Below are positions 10,492 to 19,185 of a stretch of DNA of 64,000 nt, in pieces (within the stretch, counting starts at the first letter, position 1; each line of letters starts with the position of its first letter). The stretch is taken from NCBI GenBank assembly GCA_944391375.1, contig CALXTJ010000002.1:82-64081 (forward strand). The letters are read 5' to 3'. A program made the position numbers and the translations under genes. Origin of the DNA: an uncultured Alphaproteobacteria bacterium (GTDB lineage: Bacteria > Pseudomonadota > Alphaproteobacteria > RF32 > CAG-239). A model generated the notes under the pieces. That model saw nothing but the letters and a program-made list of their open reading frames with translations, was not told where the DNA came from and made no database searches.

Positions 10492-11389
10492 AGAAATTAA
10501 AACCCGAGCCGGATTTGTCAGCCTTATCGGAGCTCCCAATGCCGGAAAATCCACAATTACCAACAATTTTGTCGGCTCTAAAGTATCTATTGTTTCACCC
10601 AAAGCTCAAACCACACGCACGGTTATTAAGGGGATTGGAATTTACGAAAATACGCAAATTATTTTTTTAGACAGTCCCGGTATATTTAAGCCCAAACGCC
10701 GCCTTGACCGAGCTATGGTAGCTTCGGCCTGGGAAGGAATAGCCGATGCCGATATCGTGGTATTTGTGGTGGATGCCAAAAAGGGCTTTGATGAGGAAAG
10801 CAAAGCCATTGTTGAAAAGCTAAACCAAGATAAAATTTCGGCCGTGTTGGTCTTAAATAAAGTAGACTTAATTCAAAAAGAAAAGCTGCTTTCTTTAAGT
10901 GCCGAAATAAATAAAGCCGGACATTTTAAGGAAACTTTTATGATATCAGCCTTAACCGGGCAAAATATTGATGATTTTTATAAATATTTGGCCGATAATT
11001 TACCGGAAAGTCCGTGGTATTACCCGGAAGAGCAGATGTCGGATATGCCGCTTAAATTACTGGCTGCCGAAATCGTCAGAGAAAAATTGTTTTTGTATTT
11101 AAGACAGGAAATTCCTTACGCTTTAACGGTTGAACCGGAAGTATGGGAAAGAAGAGAAGATGATTCGGTAAGAGCGGAAATGACCATTTATGTGCAAAAA
11201 GATAATCAAAAAATTATCGTCTTGGGTAAAAACGGCAGTATGATAAAAAAAATCGGGCAGGCGGCAAGACAAGAATTGGAAAGAGAGCTTGACTGCCGTA
11301 TTCATCTATTCTTATTTGTAAAAGTCCGCGAAAACTGGATAGATGATCCGGAGCGTTATACTTCTTGGAATTTAAATTTTAACAGTTAA
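10484..11389 (+). CDS. era: GTPase Era
   Basis: G1 GAPNAGKST, G3 DSPG, NKVD, and a C-terminal KH domain. The start ATG at 10484 overlaps the rnc stop. Confidence 0.85.
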   Translation: MTEEIKTRAGFVSLIGAPNAGKSTITNNFVGSKVSIVSPKAQTTRTVIKGIGIYENTQIIFLDSPGIFKPKRRLDRAMVASAWEGIADADIVVFVVDAKKGFDEESKAIVEKLNQDKISAVLVLNKVDLIQKEKLLSLSAEINKAGHFKETFMISALTGQNIDDFYKYLADNLPESPWYYPEEQMSDMPLKLLAAEIVREKLFLYLRQEIPYALTVEPEVWERREDDSVRAEMTIYVQKDNQKIIVLGKNGSMIKKIGQAARQELERELDCRIHLFLFVKVRENWIDDPERYTSWNLNFNS

Positions 11390-11417
11390 TTGAAAGTTGG
11401 AAAAAAGTGCATATATA
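11390..11417 (+). promoter_or_regulatory. putative sigma70 promoter TTGAAA-N16-TATATA
   Basis: Good hexamers and spacing ahead of the small ORF at 11452. Confidence 0.35.
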
Positions 11418-11451
11418 CCCTTAAGTTTTATACTTTACGGGAGGTAGAATC

Positions 11452-11781
11452 ATGGAAGTGTTTTTGTTTATTGCACTGTTTTTTATTTACTTGTTAATGG
11501 CCTTTAGTGTTCCGGCTACTATTTTAAAAAGGGTGTGGATATTGGGCTTTATTATAGCCTTTGCGGTAACTGCGGTTGCCATTATGCTGGTAAGCACCGG
11601 CAAACAAACCGTATTGATGCAGGAAAGTGAAGTAAACTGGTATTACTTTTTGTATTTGTTCGGTTCATTATCGGTTATGCTTGGTTTGATAAATATCTGG
11701 ATATACCGCAAGGCGTTATACCATATTTTTACTGCGGAAGATGAGGAAACTTCCGATAATACAACAACAAAAAAAGACTAG
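11452..11781 (+). CDS. small membrane protein (3 TM), unknown function
   Basis: ORF with hydrophobic helices and GGAGG-like RBS GGGAGGTAG upstream. Confidence 0.3.
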   Translation: MEVFLFIALFFIYLLMAFSVPATILKRVWILGFIIAFAVTAVAIMLVSTGKQTVLMQESEVNWYYFLYLFGSLSVMLGLINIWIYRKALYHIFTAEDEETSDNTTTKKD

Positions 11782-14432
11782 ATTTTAAAATTATCCAAGA
11801 TTTGCTCCAACTCGCTGTCGGTCATAAAATCGGGAAGCCGTAGTCCGTTGAGAGTATTAAAGTTATACATTATGTACAAAGGCAGACGGTGAGTATCGTA
11901 ATATTGCATGTATTCGGCAACTTCCGGACTGCCTTTGGTTATATTAAAAGGAATGTATTCCAGATTGTAAAGCTCTTGCCACCGTTTAAGATTATTGGCA
12001 TTGAAGGTAAGATAATCGTTAAATCGGCAAACAATGCACCACGGCGGGGTCAGAGCCACAATTACGGTTTTGCCGGCAGAGATTTTTTGATCAATCAATT
12101 GGGAGGAAATAATTGTTGCAGTATCTGTAAAACGGTAGCTTCCCAGCCGATTAGCGATGAATGATGCCCCCAATACAGCCGCAGCTATTATAATATAGAT
12201 AACATGTTCGGTTATCTGTTTTTGATTTTTAGGTAAGTCGGTTTGGTAAAGAGCCTGTAAAAAGTTAAAGGCATATTTAAGTAACAGCCATACGGCAATA
12301 ATGATTAAAAGCCATTTTAAGATATCCATAAATGATAATTGCACGATAATTATGCCGATAATCCGCAACATAAATACGGCAAGGCTCAAAACCGCCGCTA
12401 TCAGGCATAAAGCTTGAATTTTAGGAGACATGCTCGGAGATTTGGCAAAATATAAAATCACAGCCGTAATAAGGTAGGGTAAAGCTATACAAACGGCCAG
12501 AATATTAAGCAATATCAGTTGGGTGGTATAAGGAACTGACATAAGTTTATCAAACAGAGTGTCCGAATATTTAACGGCGGCCCAAGGTATAATCCAGGCC
12601 GTAAAAAGCCCCCAAACAAAACCTGATAAATTTGTATGTTTGTAAAAAGATTTCAGTTTATAATTAAGAGCAGAGATTGAGGCAATAGCCATTATTACCA
12701 TAAAGGTTAAAAGACCGATGCCAAGGTATTGTTCTCCGAAAATAAAATGCTTACCTTGCAAGAGTTTTAGAGCAATGGTAAATGCGTTGCAACCGACAAA
12801 AACACCACAGGCAGAAGCTATTAAACTTGGTAGTTTTTTGCGGTTTGCCAGATGATAGATTTTGAAAAAGAACAGAGCCAATCCGCAAGAGCTTATCCAA
12901 AATAACAAACCGACATAAACGGCGGTCAGATATCCGGCAGAAGGCTGAGAAGTATGATTGTTTGTATTTTGAAGCTCATTTAGGTTAAATGAACGATTGA
13001 GGCTGGTATACTGATTAAGTCTGGCGGTAAGTTGTATTTTGGTATTGCTGTTGTATTGCAGATTATGAGCCTTAACCGATGCTTTTATTTGGTGCCGCCC
13101 GATAACTATTTGCGGAGCGTCAAAATAGGTATTATCGGAACTTTCCAAAAATAATGCAAAGTTATTGACTTTGCCATCAAACTCAAAAGTAAAATCCAGA
13201 CGGTCAATCATATCGGGATTATCGGCATTAAACAGCGGAATAATTTGGGTTACGGTAAAATCTTCACAGTCTGTCTGCGGCAGATTATATAAACTCTGTT
13301 TTATAAAATTTTGCATTCCGGAAGATATATTGTCCTCTCCGTGTTCCACAACAAGCTCCGGATAAAACACATAAGGCTTGCATATCATACGGCTGTCGCA
13401 GGCCTCAAAAGAAAATTTTGCTTTTAAGGTTATCGGTAAATCGGGATTTTCGGTTTCAATCGTAATCGGGAAGGCCGGATCGCCGGCATAAGCGGCAATC
13501 ATTTTTTCATCGGTAAATTTAACGGGAAGCGGGTAAAAAAAGTTGTAACTTTTAATATTTTCGGAAGTAACAATTTCAAATTGCGGCTTTGATAAGCCGG
13601 GGAGGTTGTTGGCCAATATAAAAAGATGAGAAGGTATATCAACATGAACGGCCAAAGTAAATTGAGATAAGGAATTGATATTGGCCATTTCGGATATAAG
13701 GCGAACTTTAAATCCGTCTTTATTTTGCCAAGGGCCGACACCGGCATTACCAACTAAAGGATTAGGTAAAGAAACACCGTAAAAAGGCAACTTGGAAAAT
13801 TCCAGTTTAGCGACCATGGATTTAAATTTATCAAAATCGGTTTTCTGCTTTTTGGAATCAGCCAGCCTTTGTTGATAAGCCTCGCGAGCTTTAACATCTC
13901 GGGGGTTGGAACCGTAAGAAAGAACTTTTGTAAAATCTTCCACAAGAACGAATTTACCGTCTTCGGTTTCAAGATAGCGATAATTTTGCGGTTGATCAAA
14001 ATCATTTTCATCGGCCATAATCGGAGGTTCTTCAGGTACCAAAAAAGAGGCCTTAATATCGGCATATTTTTGTTTGCCCCAACGATAAAGTCTTACGGCA
14101 TTACGAATAAGCTTGGTTTGGTCGTAAACTTCCTGAGGGGATAATTCGGGAAATATAACGGCAACATCGGCGGAAAAATCGCGGTTGATTAAATCTCCGG
14201 GGTATTTTTCATCAAAATATTTGCCGAGTATTATAAGTTTACCGACGGAACTGTCGGTACTTTGGTTAATAAAATCACGCATAGATAAAGCATGAGGCAA
14301 ATCAAGCCTACCCGAAACGGGAACAATTTCTGCGGGATCCGGTTTAATATCAAGAGTAACATCGGCTGCCGATACCGTGGTTATATTGACAGCGAAGATA
14401 AAAATAACTATATATTTAAGTAAGGTCAGCAT
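11778..14432 (-). CDS. DsbD/ScsB-family thiol:disulfide interchange protein (long periplasmic N-domain, TM core, C-terminal thioredoxin)
   Basis: Signal peptide, ~480-aa periplasmic domain with a Cys pair, a multi-TM core with conserved Cys (SSCGL, ACGVFVGC), and a C-terminal WCIVC thioredoxin motif. Confidence 0.55.
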   Translation of the reverse strand: MLTLLKYIVIFIFAVNITTVSAADVTLDIKPDPAEIVPVSGRLDLPHALSMRDFINQSTDSSVGKLIILGKYFDEKYPGDLINRDFSADVAVIFPELSPQEVYDQTKLIRNAVRLYRWGKQKYADIKASFLVPEEPPIMADENDFDQPQNYRYLETEDGKFVLVEDFTKVLSYGSNPRDVKAREAYQQRLADSKKQKTDFDKFKSMVAKLEFSKLPFYGVSLPNPLVGNAGVGPWQNKDGFKVRLISEMANINSLSQFTLAVHVDIPSHLFILANNLPGLSKPQFEIVTSENIKSYNFFYPLPVKFTDEKMIAAYAGDPAFPITIETENPDLPITLKAKFSFEACDSRMICKPYVFYPELVVEHGEDNISSGMQNFIKQSLYNLPQTDCEDFTVTQIIPLFNADNPDMIDRLDFTFEFDGKVNNFALFLESSDNTYFDAPQIVIGRHQIKASVKAHNLQYNSNTKIQLTARLNQYTSLNRSFNLNELQNTNNHTSQPSAGYLTAVYVGLLFWISSCGLALFFFKIYHLANRKKLPSLIASACGVFVGCNAFTIALKLLQGKHFIFGEQYLGIGLLTFMVIMAIASISALNYKLKSFYKHTNLSGFVWGLFTAWIIPWAAVKYSDTLFDKLMSVPYTTQLILLNILAVCIALPYLITAVILYFAKSPSMSPKIQALCLIAAVLSLAVFMLRIIGIIIVQLSFMDILKWLLIIIAVWLLLKYAFNFLQALYQTDLPKNQKQITEHVIYIIIAAAVLGASFIANRLGSYRFTDTATIISSQLIDQKISAGKTVIVALTPPWCIVCRFNDYLTFNANNLKRWQELYNLEYIPFNITKGSPEVAEYMQYYDTHRLPLYIMYNFNTLNGLRLPDFMTDSELEQILDNFKI

Positions 14433-14523
14433 ATCAACTTACAAAAGGGTTTTCTTTTTAATAAGGATATGGTACACTAAAGAAGTTAAACAGACAAATA
14501 CAATTTTAGGATATATACAATAA

Positions 14524-15093
14524 ATGGGAGCTATTGATAACAACTTTTTAATCGGCAAATTTTTGGTATCCATGCCGGATATGGATGATGATCGTTTTAA
14601 GGAAACGGTCGTTTACATGTGCACGCATGGCAAAGATGGTGCGGTAGGTTTGATTATCAATAAAAAACTGACGGATATATCATTTTTTGATTTGGCGGTA
14701 CCGTTAGATATAAAGCCGCGGCCTGATTTGGAGAGCTTAGGTTTATATCAGGGAGGGCCACTGGATAAAATACGGGGTTTTGTTTTGCACAGCAGCGAAT
14801 ACTTCAAGCCCGGTACATTTAGGATAGATAAGGACATAGCGGTTTCTTCAAGTGTGGATATACTAACCGATATAGCCAAAGGGCAGGGCCCGAAGCAAAA
14901 TTTGATAGCCTTAGGCTATGCCGGATGGGAGCCCAAGCAGTTAGAATATGAGTTAATGGACAACAGATGGTTGGTAGTTCCGTCCGATAAGGATTTGATA
15001 TTTAATACGCCCGATGAATTTAAGTGGGAAAAGGCCATAGAGGAGTCCAATATAGATTTAAGCCGAATGATAATGCGTACCGGACATGCTTAA
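14524..15093 (+). CDS. YqgE/AlgH family protein (UPF0301)
   Basis: Characteristic N-terminus LIGKFLVSMPDMDDDRFKETVVYMCTHGKDGAVGLIINK. Confidence 0.7.
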   Translation: MGAIDNNFLIGKFLVSMPDMDDDRFKETVVYMCTHGKDGAVGLIINKKLTDISFFDLAVPLDIKPRPDLESLGLYQGGPLDKIRGFVLHSSEYFKPGTFRIDKDIAVSSSVDILTDIAKGQGPKQNLIALGYAGWEPKQLEYELMDNRWLVVPSDKDLIFNTPDEFKWEKAIEESNIDLSRMIMRTGHA

Positions 15094-15189
15094 AAAGTCG
15101 TAAGCTTTTTTTTATAAATAGTCAAGACCTCTTCCAACCGCCTTGTATCATTTGATATAAATTAACGGCAAATCCGGCAATTTTAGCTT

Positions 15190-15345
15190 TGATTTTATCT
15201 AAGCCGTCCGCTTGCACTCACTGCGTTTGTTTTTCCTAACATCTATATTCTCCTTATGAAGTCTAAAACATTTCTCATATATTAAAACACATATATAAGG
15301 ATATAAACAAGCTCAAAAGTGTCCGAAGATGTCCGAAAGTGTCCG
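15190..15345 (-). repeat. decayed inverted copy of the 33700-33900 element (leader, 3 x GTGTCCGAA-type 10-bp units, and a truncated MLGKTN... 5' gene fragment)
   Basis: The reverse complement aligns with 33729-33900: CGGACA units, TTGTTTAT...CCTTATAT block, RBS AAGGAGAA, then ATGTTAGGAAAAACAAAC... (MLGKTNAVSASGRLR*). Confidence 0.6.
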
Positions 15346-15460
15346 ATTGTATGAATTTGGGCTAAGAGGTATTATACTGATTTGTTATAATTTTAGAATT
15401 TTGTAGGAAAGAACATTAAATTTCATTTTCATGGGTTTAAATCCCACACGGGCTTTAAGC

Positions 15461-15496
15461 ACAAAAAAACCTTCCCCAAAAGGGAAAGGTTTTTAT
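15461..15496. terminator. bidirectional intrinsic terminator hairpin (AAACCTTCCC-loop-GGGAAAGGTTT) flanked by A and T runs
   Basis: Perfect stem with A-run on one side and T-run on the other, immediately 3' of tRNA-Lys. Confidence 0.5.
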
Positions 15497-15572
15497 TGGT
15501 GAGCCCGACGGGATTCGAACCCATGACCCTTTGATTAAAAGTCAAATGCTCTACCGACTGAGCTACGAGCCC
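15497..15572 (-). tRNA. tRNA-Lys (anticodon UUU)
   Basis: Reverse complement GGGCTCGTAGCTCAGTCGGTAGAGCATTTGACTTTTAATCAAAGGGTCATGGGTTCGAATCCCGTCGGGCTCACCA folds as a cloverleaf with TTT anticodon, GTTCGAATCC T-loop and encoded CCA. Confidence 0.85.
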
Positions 15573-15729
15573 TCACGCAATGAGCTAGTATATAGAGTAT
15601 AAAATTTTACCTGTCAACAGAAAAAATAAAAAAAAGTTCAAAAAAATAATTTTAGTGTTTATTTCTTAATAATTATGTGTTACCTTAACCGCAAATGTTA
15701 TGATAATATATGTATAAATGAGGTTAAAA

Positions 15730-16053
15730 ATGGCTGAAAATCAAATTGTTGCCGATGATAAAAGCAGATATGATATCTTACAAAACGATAAGGGTGAAAT
15801 CTTGATTATTCTTCAACAACGTAGCGGCGGACCGGAAAATCCTTTGTTTGTGTATGACGGCTCTCCGTACGCTCTCCTCTATCGCAGCCATGAAAGTACT
15901 GTCTATTTTGATGATATAGTTGAGGGAGCCAGAAGTGCCTTGAAGGCCGTTACTTCAATGCAAGTCGTGGAAATTGACAATGATGACGAAGTGGTGCGTG
16001 AATATAAAGTTCCGTTGCGTATCGTCAAAGATGTTAAAGCCTTGATGGATTAA
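15730..16053 (+). CDS. hypothetical protein
   Basis: ORF with GAGG RBS, followed by an intrinsic terminator at 16066-16090. Confidence 0.35.
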   Translation: MAENQIVADDKSRYDILQNDKGEILIILQQRSGGPENPLFVYDGSPYALLYRSHESTVYFDDIVEGARSALKAVTSMQVVEIDNDDEVVREYKVPLRIVKDVKALMD

Positions 16054-16065
16054 ATTTTTCTAGTC

Positions 16066-16090
16066 ATAAAGGGCTTTACGGCCCTTTTTT
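16066..16090 (+). terminator. intrinsic terminator (AAAGGGC TTTAC GGCCCTTTTTT)
   Basis: GC stem plus T6. Confidence 0.5.
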
Positions 16091-16097
16091 AGTAAGG

Positions 16098-17774
16098 TTG
16101 TGCATGATAGCTCAAATTGTTACTTCTCTTGCTCTTGTTTGTTTTGCGTCTTTGTGGAAAACCAAAGCTCGTTATGATACTCTCTTTTCTCTGTTATTGA
16201 CCTTAATCTTTGCATCGGCATTCGGATTTTATGCCGACGCTTGGCAGTCGGGATACGAAAGTACTTATTCTATCCTTTGGGATAGTACTCGCAGCGGGGA
16301 TGTTTCCTTAAGCATCAATTCTGATTTGGCTGTTTATACACAAGTCTTTCCTTTTTTTGCCATCTCTTTAATAGCTCTCTTTAATAACTTTCTGTTTCGT
16401 TACGAAACTAAAAAGAAAAATCTTGCCGTATTTATCATTTTAAATTTTATATCGCTGGTAATGCTTATTACTTCACAAAATTTTATCCAACTCATCACCT
16501 TTGTCTTTATTATTGATATGCTAAGCCAGTTCTTAATACGCGATATCAATGCCGGACGCCGCTATGCCATGTATAACCTTACGGCCGATATGGGCCTCTT
16601 TTTGGCTTTTGCCGTACTTCGCGGTAATATGCTTAACCTTAACTTGTCGGCACTCGGCGAATCTGTGGTACCTTTTCATAACTTTGTGGCCGTGGTTATC
16701 CTTCTTAGTCTGTGTATAAAATTCGGCTTCTTTATCTTCCATAGCTTTTTATTGGACTTAAAAAGTGCCAAATTTCATAGATTCTTTCTGGTGTTTTACC
16801 TCTCTTCGCCGATGACGGCTCTTATTCTTACTGCCAAACTGCTCCCCGTGTTGCGGCAATTTGAACCTCTTTACCTGATTATCAATATTATTATAGCCTT
16901 AAGCCTGATATGGGGCACAATCGGAGCGATTCTGATTCGTGATTTAAAAGAAAAAACCGTCTACCTTAATATGATGCTGTTTTCTTTATTGTTTAAACTT
17001 TTAACATATCCCGATTTTATATGGGATGAAAGCTTTTCTTGTATAATCATTGCCGCCTTTATGTTTAACTTGTGCCTGTATTATATTCATTACTTTTGGT
17101 TTAGGGAAACTAATGCTCTGATTGTCAATAAAGTACATTATGTAAATCCGCTCCCGCTTTATCTGCTTTTGGCAATTTGGATGGCCTTATGGGCCGTAGT
17201 TGCCATGCTGTTGTTTGCTTATACGGATAGGTATACGGCCTTTATTATGACTTTTATGGTTTTGTTTTCCTTAGCGGGAGCTTGGGTGTTTATTCAAGCT
17301 TTGCAATCTGATAACATTATTAAAAGTCTGAGAACGGATTATGATCATCGTCCGCTGTGGATTTTGGCGGCAGTTTTGACTTCGGGTATGGGCATAATGT
17401 TTTGGCAAAACTTATATTGGTATGCGGCGTTACCGGCATTGGCCTTGTTTTTAATGTTTTTTATTTTATCCCCCATAGGATTTATCTTAAATACGAATAC
17501 AACTTCGCTTAAATGGCAACATGCCGATGTCTTTAAAAATATTTATGATAAAATACTGGCCAGACCTTTGCAAATTATCGGCAAATCTCTGACTATTTTT
17601 GTTGATTTTATGTTTTTTGAAAAAACATTGATACTAATTATAAATACTTTTAGCGGCTTAACCGTCCGTATTTTTCGCCGTATCAGTCGTGAAAATGCTT
17701 TACGTTATTTGCTTTCCGTGCTGATAACCGTGTTTTTACTGTTTTGGTTTTTGACAAGGGGGCTTAATGGCTGA
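16098..17774 (+). CDS. NuoL/MrpA-like antiporter-type membrane subunit, highly divergent
   Basis: About 16 TM helices. The pattern around SILWDSTRSGDVSLSINSDLAV and DMGLFLAFAVL resembles NuoL (WTWMSVGDFNIGFNLVLDGLS / GDVFLAFALFIL). Confidence 0.45.
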   Translation: MCMIAQIVTSLALVCFASLWKTKARYDTLFSLLLTLIFASAFGFYADAWQSGYESTYSILWDSTRSGDVSLSINSDLAVYTQVFPFFAISLIALFNNFLFRYETKKKNLAVFIILNFISLVMLITSQNFIQLITFVFIIDMLSQFLIRDINAGRRYAMYNLTADMGLFLAFAVLRGNMLNLNLSALGESVVPFHNFVAVVILLSLCIKFGFFIFHSFLLDLKSAKFHRFFLVFYLSSPMTALILTAKLLPVLRQFEPLYLIINIIIALSLIWGTIGAILIRDLKEKTVYLNMMLFSLLFKLLTYPDFIWDESFSCIIIAAFMFNLCLYYIHYFWFRETNALIVNKVHYVNPLPLYLLLAIWMALWAVVAMLLFAYTDRYTAFIMTFMVLFSLAGAWVFIQALQSDNIIKSLRTDYDHRPLWILAAVLTSGMGIMFWQNLYWYAALPALALFLMFFILSPIGFILNTNTTSLKWQHADVFKNIYDKILARPLQIIGKSLTIFVDFMFFEKTLILIINTFSGLTVRIFRRISRENALRYLLSVLITVFLLFWFLTRGLNG

Positions 17775-19185
17775 AAATTTGTTGTTAATGATTATCTTTC
17801 TGCCTCTGTTCGGAAGTTTGTTTGTGGCTTTGTCACGCGATAATAACGGTACGGGAATTTCCGTAAATGCGGCGGCCGTTGCCGTTTGGACTTTGCTGTT
17901 TAATATTGCTCTTATCCTGGTCTTGTTTTCCCAAATGAATACGGAAAGTGATAATATTCAATATGTTACCACATTTAAATGGTTGCTGCCTCAAACCTTG
18001 AGTATATCCTTTGGGGTAGATGTTTTTGCTCTGATTATGATATTGGGTATTAACCTGGCATTACTGATAGGTATATTAAGTCTAAGATCGCATTTTAAAA
18101 ATCAAAAATTTCAAATAGGCTTTTCGTTGCTGTTTCTGTGTGCTTATACCGGGCTGTTTTCCGCTCTTGATTTGATGTCTTTTTATGTATTTTTTGTTAT
18201 TATGATACCTCCTTTGTTTATGCAAATCGGTATGGATGCCGATAATCGGATACCCGGACGCTTTTTGTTGTATAATTTTTTGGGTACATTTTTGTTGTTG
18301 TTTGCCGTTGTTATGCTCTATTGCTCTGAGCCAAATAATATTCTTATTGCTAATATTTCCGATATTAAACTTGACGGGCAATCCGGAATTTGGGTTTGGA
18401 GTTGCATATTTATGGGCTTTATGTTTCGGATTCCTGTTTGGCCATTTCATTATTGGATAAGCTCGGTTAATACGGTTATCCGCAATCCGTTGACTTTTAT
18501 TTGTGCTAATATGCTGCCCATTTCCGGATTATTCGGATTTTTGCGGTTTTGGCCGGCGGCAATTCCGGAACAAATTTCCTCTTTAACGCCGGTATTTGCC
18601 ATATTTTGTGCCGCTACCATGTTGTATTTAGCCTTTCGCGGATATAGCCTTAACAACGCTCGTGACAAGCTTTTTTCTTACATATTTATTTACTACTTGC
18701 TTTATTTGTTGGGTATATTGGCTCCGACCGATATTTTACAACGCAACATTGCTTATTCTTTATTTGCGTTTCTTTTGGTGTTTTCCGGGCTCTCCATGGT
18801 GGCTTTCCATCTGGAAAAAGAAAATAATAAATCTCCGGGAAGCTTAAACGGAATATTGTGCATATTACCCAAAGCTTCGTTTGCTTACTCTTTGTTGATA
18901 TCGGTAGCCATCGGTTTTCCGGTTTCGGCATTGTTCTGGAATAATTTTATTATAGTTTCTCAGGTCCTTTATACCAATGTTTATATAGGTGTTACTGCTG
19001 TTTTAACGCTCCTTTTAGCGGCAGCCTTTTTATTGCAACACTTATATTCGCTTAAAGATAATGAGTGCATGCTGCCGACAAAGGATACCCTAAGAGATGT
19101 TGATAATGTTCAGTTCGGTATGTGCCTTGCGGTAATGAGCATTTTGTTTTTGTCTTTTATTAAACCGTTATGGTTTGTTTATTAA
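17767..19185 (+). CDS. NuoM-like antiporter-type membrane subunit, highly divergent
   Basis: Aligns by eye with NuoM: WLLPQTLSISFGVDVFALIMILG vs WIPRFGISIHLAIDGLSLLMVVL; FYVFFVIMIPP vs FFFFWEMMLVP; RIPVWPFHYWI vs KMPVVPLHGWLPDAH. Confidence 0.5.
   Translation: MAENLLLMIIFLPLFGSLFVALSRDNNGTGISVNAAAVAVWTLLFNIALILVLFSQMNTESDNIQYVTTFKWLLPQTLSISFGVDVFALIMILGINLALLIGILSLRSHFKNQKFQIGFSLLFLCAYTGLFSALDLMSFYVFFVIMIPPLFMQIGMDADNRIPGRFLLYNFLGTFLLLFAVVMLYCSEPNNILIANISDIKLDGQSGIWVWSCIFMGFMFRIPVWPFHYWISSVNTVIRNPLTFICANMLPISGLFGFLRFWPAAIPEQISSLTPVFAIFCAATMLYLAFRGYSLNNARDKLFSYIFIYYLLYLLGILAPTDILQRNIAYSLFAFLLVFSGLSMVAFHLEKENNKSPGSLNGILCILPKASFAYSLLISVAIGFPVSALFWNNFIIVSQVLYTNVYIGVTAVLTLLLAAAFLLQHLYSLKDNECMLPTKDTLRDVDNVQFGMCLAVMSILFLSFIKPLWFVY

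Noticed and set aside
15094-15500. Looked for an integrase or direct att repeats adjacent to tRNA-Lys
   Set aside because: No integrase-like ORF is present. The only tRNA-like duplicate is an inverted degenerate 3' half, not a direct repeat; it is reported as a scar rather than an intact integration site.
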